Of a DNA stretch of 64,000 nucleotides, positions 38,525 to 45,882 are shown one piece after another. The stretch is from Cellvibrionaceae bacterium (GTDB taxonomy: Bacteria > Pseudomonadota > Gammaproteobacteria > Pseudomonadales > Cellvibrionaceae), in the NCBI GenBank assembly GCA_050633885.1, contig JBOEHK010000002.1:853504-917503 (forward strand), written 5' to 3'. Each line of letters starts with the position of its first letter. Position 1 is the first letter of the stretch. Both the position numbers and the translations under genes were made by a program. Below the pieces are notes generated by a model. It ran no database searches and was not told the origin of the DNA. It saw only the letters and a program-made list of their open reading frames with translations.

Positions 38525-38852
38525 CTACCTTCATTTTTTTACGGGCTTTTTGAGGAAGTAGAGCGAGCTTCTCTTCGGTTTCTTTAATGTGTCTCGCCAA
38601 CGTCAATGAAGATGGATCAGCATCGAAAAGATTCACCCCGACAATAGCCGCCACTTCGAACACAGCTCCGATCTCACATTTCAAATCGCCTTTTTCAATA
38701 CGCTGAAGCATACTTCTAGAAATTCCAACTCGTTCAGCTACCTCTTGAGCGCTTAACCGACGCTCTAATCTGGCGGCACGAATGAGCCCCGAGAGAAGCG
38801 TGATCGCTTCTTCGGTATAACGTGAATATGAACGTGTCACTGATTTTGGCAT
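38508..38852 (-). CDS. hipB: XRE-family HTH antitoxin (HipB-like)
   Basis: LSAQEVAERVGISRSMLQRIEKG helix-turn-helix. Lies upstream of hipA and overlaps it. Confidence 0.8.
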   Translation of the reverse strand: MPKSVTRSYSRYTEEAITLLSGLIRAARLERRLSAQEVAERVGISRSMLQRIEKGDLKCEIGAVFEVAAIVGVNLFDADPSSLTLARHIKETEEKLALLPQKARKKMKVVDDDF

Positions 38853-38872
38853 TTTGTCTTACATATAAGTCA

Positions 38873-38993
38873 ATAAACCGCCAATCGGTTTATATGTGAA
38901 CCATATACTAGATCATGGTTGAAAAGCGATCAAGCTATAAATGGTTCATAAAAGACCCATTAAGCTATCTATTGGTTTATATGTAACCCATAT
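38873..38993. promoter_or_regulatory. candidate hipBA operator region: inverted repeat ataaaccg-N5-cggtttat and 20-nt direct repeat ggtttatatgt(g/a)a(a/c)ccatat
   Basis: Inverted repeat at 38873-38893. Direct repeats at 38887-38906 and 38974-38993, read directly. Confidence 0.35.
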
Positions 38994-39058
38994 TGATTGT
39001 TTCAACAAAGGAGCCGAAGTTATGAAGTTGTTGATTGGTGGGCCACTAGCTAGTACTA

Positions 39059-39436
39059 ATGAGCGGTGAATTAAATACGATGGACGATCAGATACGTGAA
39101 GATATATTGAATGAAGCTGCAAGAAATTATTATAACGACAAAAATTTGGTTGAAAGATTAAGGCGGCGAGTTAAAAGAAAATTTGGATCACTCGTCGATA
39201 AATCAGAAATCAATGACACAATTATTCTTTCAAAAAACATCTATGAAAGTGTGAAAGCACTTTTGCCTAATTTTACAGAAAGTAATAAAACAGCCTTCGC
39301 TGATCCACAAGACATTAATTATGATTTCCTCGCCAAAGCAGTACACGAAAAATCTCTTTCAAATAAAAATCAGTTTAATCTCGATGATATTCATCAAGTA
39401 GTGAATTGGGTCATTTATTGGGAGTATCTTAGGTGA
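39059..39436 (+). CDS. hypothetical protein
   Basis: 125-aa ORF divergent from hipB. No motif recognised. Confidence 0.4.
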   Translation: MSGELNTMDDQIREDILNEAARNYYNDKNLVERLRRRVKRKFGSLVDKSEINDTIILSKNIYESVKALLPNFTESNKTAFADPQDINYDFLAKAVHEKSLSNKNQFNLDDIHQVVNWVIYWEYLR

Positions 39437-39487
39437 TTTATTTTCCCGAGTTTAATAATTTATTTGAGGCTGTAAATTTAGGGGGGG

Positions 39488-39519
39488 TAGACTTGAATCA
39501 AGTTTCTCTGACCCCTTGA
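39488..39519 (+). repeat. 32-nt direct repeat copy A (taga.. gaatcaagtttctctgaccc ..ttga), preceded by a G7 run
   Basis: Exact 20-nt core shared with 42567..42586. Abuts the fkpA' homology boundary. Confidence 0.85.
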
Positions 39520-39520
39520 C

Positions 39521-39764
39521 AACGTTTACCGACGGCACTGAATTCGATAGCACCCACAAGCGCGGTGAGCCTTATAGCGTCAAAGCTAAAATGCTGATTG
39601 ACGGTTGGGCCGAAGCGCTTCAGCTAATGACAGCAGGCGCCAAATGGGAATTAACGATACCGGCAGAACTTGCTTATGGCGAAGAAGGCCAAGATCCCTA
39701 TATTGGACCAAATGCCGTGTTGATTTTTGAAGTGGAACTGCTTGAAATAGAGAAAGAGAAATGA
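39521..39764 (+). pseudogene. orphan 3' fragment of fkpA (last ~76 codons plus a divergent tail)
   Basis: Encodes [77 protein letters not shown], identical to the FkpA C-terminus. No N-terminal two thirds. Confidence 0.85.
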
Positions 39765-39919
39765 AAAAAAACACCGCTCAATAAGCGCCTTATCAATTCG
39801 GTGTTTGGGGGGGAGTCGTAGATGAGATTTTTTGGAAAAAATAATCGAGATTGTTGTTTTGTAAATAGTTCTGATATTAAAGCCTCATCCGACACCTGTT
39901 AATTAATAACTTATCAGTA

Positions 39920-40498
39920 TTAACGAGGAAAGAAAATTTCTTGTGTTCTTCCCGTGCGAATTAAGGCAGCCATAAGCGATATAAAGAGGGCAGGATTTTT
40001 TTCTAACACGGCGAGTCGATCTAAATATTCTTTAATATAACCTTTAATTAAGAAAAGAATCATATCGTAGCCTCCCATATCATTTCGTAATCGACGCCAC
40101 AGTGTTGGACAGTTTTGATTCAGCTGGCGGCTTTCCTGTGCTGCAACACCTGCCCAACCATTAGCTTTTAACAATAAAAACATTACTGCTCCTAAGCCAC
40201 CACGCCCCTGCTTGGCACTTTTGCGAATACTTGTGAGCCGACGCTTCACACGCATATCATTTTTTGCTTGAGTCATAATTTTTTTTGTGATTTTGGTAGC
40301 CAAAATCACGGCAATAGATCGCGCTAACCGCTTACCAACTTGTTTTCCTATTAAACGCTGCCCTTTAGTGTTTATAAAGTTCGCCGCCGCATTCGTATTA
40401 ACACTTTCCCATGCCACACCGAGTACTTTCCTTGCAACACAGTCAATTTCAACTGTGTCTATACCATCAGGAAATAGAAGAGCTCCATTCTCGATCAT
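39920..40498 (-). CDS. hypothetical protein; probably the C-terminal part of a gene split by a frameshift
   Basis: The frame is open for 147 nt upstream of its ATG (back to 40645) and overlaps the tail of ORF 40579..41016. Confidence 0.4.
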   Translation of the reverse strand: MIENGALLFPDGIDTVEIDCVARKVLGVAWESVNTNAAANFINTKGQRLIGKQVGKRLARSIAVILATKITKKIMTQAKNDMRVKRRLTSIRKSAKQGRGGLGAVMFLLLKANGWAGVAAQESRQLNQNCPTLWRRLRNDMGGYDMILFLIKGYIKEYLDRLAVLEKNPALFISLMAALIRTGRTQEIFFPR

Positions 40499-40578
40499 AC
40501 TTTGAAGTGTATCTTCAGGTATCAGCGAAACATATTCATCAATGACCGCAAAGACTAGTTGAAATAGAGGATTCTCTG

Positions 40579-41016
40579 CTAAGTTAAGCTCGAAATTAGC
40601 AATGTTTGATACACTAAACTTAACAACAGAGTAAAGAGCGTAGTTTCACCTCCCACAGTCTGAACACCTACAATACCTGAAGCACCAAGACCTTCGGCCG
40701 TGCGCTCTACACCGCTACCTAGTACTTCCCCTTGTCGAATAGTTTGATGATGAATTCCATCAATAACACCCGAAGCAAATGGTGAAACTGCGTCGGCATA
40801 ATTCAAAAATTCGTGGTAGGTTGTTTCGTGTTTCATTGCTCGATAAGAAGGAGTATGGCATCCGAAGTTGCACTCCTGCCATCGTTTTTCTATTTGAGCT
40901 TGCGTTTGAAGAGGGTTAATACTAGAAAATTTAGCTGCGTTATATCCTTGTAAGTATCGTTTGACACCTAGCTCACTAACGAGGTCCCCATTGTGTTCCA
41001 TTGACATATCAGTCAT
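40579..41016 (-). CDS. hypothetical protein; probably the N-terminal part of the same split gene
   Basis: Starts 9 nt after the upstream lipoprotein gene ends. No motif recognised. Confidence 0.4.
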   Translation of the reverse strand: MTDMSMEHNGDLVSELGVKRYLQGYNAAKFSSINPLQTQAQIEKRWQECNFGCHTPSYRAMKHETTYHEFLNYADAVSPFASGVIDGIHHQTIRQGEVLGSGVERTAEGLGASGIVGVQTVGGETTLFTLLLSLVYQTLLISSLT

Positions 41017-41025
41017 CCTTTTTAT

Positions 41026-41574
41026 TTATTGCACCATCATCTTTAAAAAGTCATTTTGCTTTTCATTTACATTTTTTCTTAATCCTTCCGGAGTGTTATA
41101 AACCACAACTCTCTGCGCACTTGCAGTGCTTGGAAAAAATACTTCAATTGTATAGTCTGCCAGGTTTGGCTCAGGCGTTTTAACTTTCGCAAACAATCCT
41201 TGAAACCCTTCTCGATCAACTTCACCAAAATCAATCTTTGCGGATTCCCTTATTTCTCCATCTGGGAGAGAAGATGAGACATGAAGTTTAAGGAAATATT
41301 CCTTTGCGTTTTCTTCATCAAATGTATTGGTATTAGTGGAATGAACAGTTACTAATGATCCCTCATTTGTAATGATGCTTGTATCCTTACCTCCGTACCG
41401 ATTGTCTGCAACTTCAAATGCTTCCCACTCGACGGGTAGCATGAAATCAACTTGAAATCCCGTATCATTTTCCCCTGTAGAGACAGGCTCAGATTCCGGT
41501 TTTGAACACCCAGCAGTAGCGGTGCACAATATAATTAAAAAAAAGAGTAAATTTAACTTGGCAAGATTAATCAT
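41026..41574 (-). CDS. hypothetical lipoprotein
   Basis: Lipobox TATAGCSK after a hydrophobic leader. Confidence 0.55.
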   Translation of the reverse strand: MINLAKLNLLFFLIILCTATAGCSKPESEPVSTGENDTGFQVDFMLPVEWEAFEVADNRYGGKDTSIITNEGSLVTVHSTNTNTFDEENAKEYFLKLHVSSSLPDGEIRESAKIDFGEVDREGFQGLFAKVKTPEPNLADYTIEVFFPSTASAQRVVVYNTPEGLRKNVNEKQNDFLKMMVQ

Positions 41575-41859
41575 AGATTTTTGAGGATAAGCTACGGATT
41601 TTGGGGTTTATAGAATGGATATTGAGTAGCTTAGTGAGGCAGCATTATTTCAAATCCGTTTGTATTATGAATATATTTCCTGCGCTGAATATACCTGATC
41701 CTCTAACGTGTATGAAGCCGTTTCCTATGCTTTTTCATTAAATAACCTAAATTAATGAGAACAAGATCACTGTCGGCCAGAAAACAGACATGCAGTGCCG
41801 ACTACTCAATGCCTGCAGTAATAAATGGGGGCAAATAAGACGTAAATATTTTTGTTTGT

Positions 41860-42516
41860 CTACCGCACGTTAAACCGTAAAACGGTTTTTAATTTTTCGG
41901 GCGCTGTTTTCCTTAAATCCGAAAGGTAAATTTCTCGGTGAATTTTAGAAAGACGGGTAAGGCCTTTTTGTTTAGCAAATGCTTCCATTTCACTAAAGCT
42001 TGCCGGCTCGTCGGCAAACTTTCCTACGTGTAACATCTGCACGCATTTCCCTTCGGTTACTTTATGAAATTTGATTTTGTCGTAAAGAGGGTTTGGCTTT
42101 TTCTTTTTTACAATATCAAACATTTCGGCATAGATAGCGTCATCCACAAAGTCTGGTTGGCGGAGCATAATCTCGTAAACAAGGTCATCGGGGTTGATGA
42201 TGCCGGTAAAATTCTCTCTCGCTTCTACTTTAATATCCCAAACGCCTTCTAATGGATACACCGTAAAATCTTGATAGCCTTTGGGCTTTTTGGTTTGTTT
42301 TTTCAGCGTCATTTTTATGGTGTAGGCGAGAGGGTACAAAGCCCTGATATGCTCTTGGAAGAAAGCACTGTTTGGATTGCCTTCTCCGCTGATAGAAATA
42401 AATTTGAATTCAGGAATATTAACTACCTCGGGTTTTCTTTTGGGAAGATAGAATTGTTTTTCCTGTTTTCGCCATTCGTGTTTGTCAGACATGATTGTTC
42501 TTTTTATATTTTCCAA
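41860..42516 (-). CDS. GyrI-like small-molecule-binding domain protein
   Basis: YPLEGVWD...GKCVQMLHVGKFADEPASFSEMEAFAKQKGL...HREIYLSDLRKTAPEKLKTVLR pattern. Confidence 0.65.
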   Translation of the reverse strand: MENIKRTIMSDKHEWRKQEKQFYLPKRKPEVVNIPEFKFISISGEGNPNSAFFQEHIRALYPLAYTIKMTLKKQTKKPKGYQDFTVYPLEGVWDIKVEARENFTGIINPDDLVYEIMLRQPDFVDDAIYAEMFDIVKKKKPNPLYDKIKFHKVTEGKCVQMLHVGKFADEPASFSEMEAFAKQKGLTRLSKIHREIYLSDLRKTAPEKLKTVLRFNVR

Positions 42517-42559
42517 TTTTAATAATTTATTTTAGATTGTAGATATAAGGGAGTTGGTT

Positions 42560-42591
42560 TAGATTAGAATCAAGTTTCTCTGACCCTTTGA
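42560..42591 (+). repeat. 32-nt direct repeat copy B
   Basis: tagattagaatcaagtttctctgaccctttga. Lies between the GyrI-like gene start and the ftsH stop. Confidence 0.85.
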
Positions 42592-42647
42592 TCGGTTTTA
42601 TTTTGGTGTCCTCATTGAATCAAAAGCCACAGCTAACAAGCTGCACT

Positions 42648-44546
42648 TTATTTTGATTTTTCCACATTATCGCGTTTCAAAATCTCTTCAATCATCCCAA
42701 GATCCAACGTCTCTTTATTCAGCAACGCTTCCACCAACTTATCTAAATCCCAACGATGCTCCAATAAAACATCTATGGTTGTTTGTTCTGCTTCTTTGAT
42801 GATTCGGTGAATTTCTTGATCGATTTTTCGGGCGGTTTCTTCACTAAAATCTTTTTCTTGTTGTATTTCGTAACCTAAAAAAGGATGTTCGGTGCCGACT
42901 TTGTAATGAATCGGGCCGATGGTGTCGCTCATGCCCCATTGTGTGACCATCATTTTTGCAAGATGGGTTGCTTGTTCTAAATCGTTTGATGCGCCAGAAC
43001 TCATATCATCTAATACCATTTTTTCGGCAACGCGTCCGCCGAGCATGACAGACAATCGCGTTTCTAAATAAGCTTGCGTGTAGTTGTGACGATCTTCTTG
43101 GGGGAGTTGTTCTGTTGCACCTAACGCTCGACCGCGTGGAATAATTGATACTTGCCGAAGTGGATCGCTGTTCGGTAAAAATAATGCGGCGATGGCGTGG
43201 CCGCTTTCGTGTACGGCGGTTCGTTTTCTTTCGGAGGGATTTAATAAATCTTTTCTTTCTGAACCCATGATGACTTTGTCGTGGGCTTGATTAAAATCTT
43301 CTCGCGTGACGATGTCAGCTTTCCGGCGGGCGGCAGAAAGCGCGGCTTCGTTGACGAGGTTGGCTAAGTCGGCGCCCGAAAATCCTACAGTCATACTCGC
43401 CAGCTCTTTTAAGTCGACATCGAGTGCGATGGGAACTTTTCGGGTGTGTACTTTTAATATGTCGATTCTTGCATTTTGTTGCGGAAGTTCGAGAGTGACT
43501 TTTCTGTCAAAGCGGCCGGGTCTTAATAGGGCGGGGTCGAGTACATCGGGGCGATTGGTTGCGGCTAGAACGACAACGACTTCGTCTGCGGTAAAGCCAT
43601 CCATTTCGGCCAGTATTTGATTTAAGGTTTGTTCTCTTTCGTCGTTACCGCCACCGAGTCCGGTGCCGCGAACGCGTCCGACGGAATCTATTTCGTCAAC
43701 AAAAATTAAGGCGGGTGCTTTGTTTCTCGCTTCTTTAAACATGTCGCGAACACGTGATGCGCCAACGCCGACAAACATTTCGATAAATTCTGAGCCACTA
43801 ATACTAAAAAAAGGAACACCCGCTTCGTGTGCTGTCGCTTTGGCGAGCATGGTTTTACCAGTGCCGGGTGGGCCCATTAATAAAATACCTCGTGGCATTT
43901 TTGCGCCAAGCTTTTTAAACTCATCAGGATTTTTTAGAAAATCGATAATTTCTTGTAAGTCTTGTTTTGCACCTTCGACACCAGCGACATCGTCGTAACC
44001 AATTTCATTATCTTTTGTTTCAAATAAGCGCGCTTTGGATTTTGAAAAACCAAATAGGCCGTCTTTGCCGCCACCGCCGCCCATGCGTTGTTGTAACATT
44101 CTGCTGGAGTAAACAAAAAATGCGAGAATTAAAAGCCAAGGGACAATGCCAATTAATATTTGAAACCATTGCGGTTCGGCCGATGATTTGGCGACGATGT
44201 TGACTTCGTGTGTTTCGAGTAGGGGTAATAGGTCGGTGTCGTTGGTTGCGGGTAATACTGTGCGAAATTCTTTGGGTTTGTTGATGTCGTCGCTGCTGTA
44301 CACTCCAAGTATTTGATCGCCTTTGAAGGTGACGGTTGCTACTTGGTTTGTTGTGACGGCGTTTTTAAATTCAGTGTAAGAAATTTCTGTGGTTTTGGAA
44401 CTCGATAAACCGGAGAAAATGGAATAAACAGCGAAGACCATCATGAGCCATATTAATGTGTGCGCATCAAATGGGTGAGGTGCTTTAGGCGGTATGGGGT
44501 CTGAATGATTGCCTGTGTTTTTATTTTGCTCTTCGCTGTTTGTCAT
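42648..44546 (-). CDS. ftsH: ATP-dependent zinc metalloprotease FtsH (possibly a paralogue, non-canonical context)
   Basis: Two N-terminal TM helices, [44 protein letters not shown]. Confidence 0.9.
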   Translation of the reverse strand: MTNSEEQNKNTGNHSDPIPPKAPHPFDAHTLIWLMMVFAVYSIFSGLSSSKTTEISYTEFKNAVTTNQVATVTFKGDQILGVYSSDDINKPKEFRTVLPATNDTDLLPLLETHEVNIVAKSSAEPQWFQILIGIVPWLLILAFFVYSSRMLQQRMGGGGGKDGLFGFSKSKARLFETKDNEIGYDDVAGVEGAKQDLQEIIDFLKNPDEFKKLGAKMPRGILLMGPPGTGKTMLAKATAHEAGVPFFSISGSEFIEMFVGVGASRVRDMFKEARNKAPALIFVDEIDSVGRVRGTGLGGGNDEREQTLNQILAEMDGFTADEVVVVLAATNRPDVLDPALLRPGRFDRKVTLELPQQNARIDILKVHTRKVPIALDVDLKELASMTVGFSGADLANLVNEAALSAARRKADIVTREDFNQAHDKVIMGSERKDLLNPSERKRTAVHESGHAIAALFLPNSDPLRQVSIIPRGRALGATEQLPQEDRHNYTQAYLETRLSVMLGGRVAEKMVLDDMSSGASNDLEQATHLAKMMVTQWGMSDTIGPIHYKVGTEHPFLGYEIQQEKDFSEETARKIDQEIHRIIKEAEQTTIDVLLEHRWDLDKLVEALLNKETLDLGMIEEILKRDNVEKSK

Positions 44547-44565
44547 AACATCTCATTTTAATTGT

Positions 44566-45609
44566 TTAGAGGATGGATGATTTTATGTCTTCATGTTGTT
44601 CGGGTTGTAAACGTGGACCAAATTGCGTGACCAGTTTTGCGGCAGCCGCGCTGGCTAGATTGCCGGCAGTTTCAAAATGATGGCCTTGTGTAATGGCCGA
44701 TAAAAAAGCACCGGCAAATAAATCGCCTGCGCCGTTTGTATCAATTGCTTTTACGGGATGTGATTTGATGTTGATGTATTTGTCGCCATCAAATAATAAT
44801 GCACCTTCGGCACCGAGTGTGATGGCAAAACTGTTGGCGATGGTTTTTAATTTTTCGGCGGCATCATTAATTGTTTTTGTTTCTGTAAAGCCCATGGCTT
44901 CGTCGCCATTACAAAATAATAAATCGACTTTGTTGCCGATCATTTCTTTTAGTCCATCACCAAAAAATTGAACCATGGCGGGGTCAGATAGGCTCAGTGA
45001 TGTTTTTACATTGGCTTGTTCGGCAATTTCTCGCAATTTTATGGCGGCTGCTTTTCCTGTTGGTGATGAGACGAGATAGCCTTCGATATAAACGTACTCA
45101 GAATTTTTGACGGCGTCTTCATGTATTTCATTGATTGATAATGTTTCGCTGATGCCAAGATAGGTGTTCATGGTTCTTTCGGCATCGGGTGTGATCATGA
45201 CTAAACATTTTCCGGTAATGCCTGTTTCAAGTTTGCCGCTGTGGTGGTAATCGACGCCAGCATTTTTTAAGTCATTGAGGTAAAACGCTCCGTTTTCATC
45301 GTCGGCTACTTTACAGGAATAAAAGCTGTTGCTGCCGAAATAGCTTGCCGCGATGATGGTGTTGCAAGCGGAGCCGCCAGATGCACGCTTAGAGGCGATA
45401 AGGTGATCAGAAAGTTGATCCATCAGTTGGTGTTGGCGTTCTTCATCGACTAATGTCATCACACCTTTGTCTATGTTGTATTGCGATAGATCATGATCAT
45501 TGACTTCTATTTCTGTATCGACGAGTGCCGCGCCAATGCCGTAGATGTGATATTGCTTTGCTGTCATAAGTTTGCCTGTTTTTGCGTTATGTTGGCTGTA
45601 GATTGCCAT
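44566..45609 (-). CDS. PfkB-family carbohydrate/nucleoside kinase (adenosine kinase-like)
   Basis: GIGAALVD N-terminal motif and DTNGAGDLFAGAFL. Alternative start at MTAKQY (45567). Confidence 0.75.
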   Translation of the reverse strand: MAIYSQHNAKTGKLMTAKQYHIYGIGAALVDTEIEVNDHDLSQYNIDKGVMTLVDEERQHQLMDQLSDHLIASKRASGGSACNTIIAASYFGSNSFYSCKVADDENGAFYLNDLKNAGVDYHHSGKLETGITGKCLVMITPDAERTMNTYLGISETLSINEIHEDAVKNSEYVYIEGYLVSSPTGKAAAIKLREIAEQANVKTSLSLSDPAMVQFFGDGLKEMIGNKVDLLFCNGDEAMGFTETKTINDAAEKLKTIANSFAITLGAEGALLFDGDKYINIKSHPVKAIDTNGAGDLFAGAFLSAITQGHHFETAGNLASAAAAKLVTQFGPRLQPEQHEDIKSSIL

Positions 45610-45882
45610 ATTTGTTTGAGAAAGTACGTATATCTTAAAAACCCGATATTATCCGGATTTATGGCCTAGGGATAAAGCGTTGTCGAAGGGTTCTTGAAAT
45701 AATATAAGAGTTCTCGAAAAAAATGATTTAGACCAGTAAACTCACTGATTGTATTGAATGTTTCAAACGGCATTGCGTTAAATTGCGCTAAGAGGATACA
45801 AACTAATCCCGTTTGTTGATGTCTATTTTGCGTGTTGTTGTCAGTGATCATTTAAGCCAGTCCTAAGAAGTTAGCCCTATAT

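Larger units (their letters stand above)
36755..39748. mobile_element. putative acquired islet (hipBA plus one ORF) bracketed by direct repeats of the fkpA 3' end; no recombinase gene
   Basis: Direct repeats as above. Toxin-antitoxin cargo. An orphan fkpA 3' fragment lies at the right end. Confidence 0.45.

Noticed and set aside
39022-39058. Tiny ORF (atgaagttgttgattggtgggccactagctagtactaa) preceding the 125-aa ORF, as a leader peptide.
   Set aside because: It is only 12 codons with no supporting structure or conservation that I can assess.
43306-43998. ORFs 43306..43620 and 43663..43998 (+) inside ftsH. Similar antisense or overlapping ORFs occur inside other large genes, e.g. 14062..14515, 13685..13972, 15254..15575, 20309..20629, 22979..23343, 32775..33033, 37716..38006, 44693..44971, 62188..62409, 62824..63102.
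   Set aside because: Each lies wholly within a longer ORF whose translation carries unambiguous family motifs. Their own translations are low-complexity or Ser/Arg/Leu-rich shadows with no motifs or RBS.
45666-45851. 61-aa ORF in the kinase/mrcB divergent intergenic region.
   Set aside because: No RBS and an odd composition. It occupies what should be the promoter region for two divergent genes.
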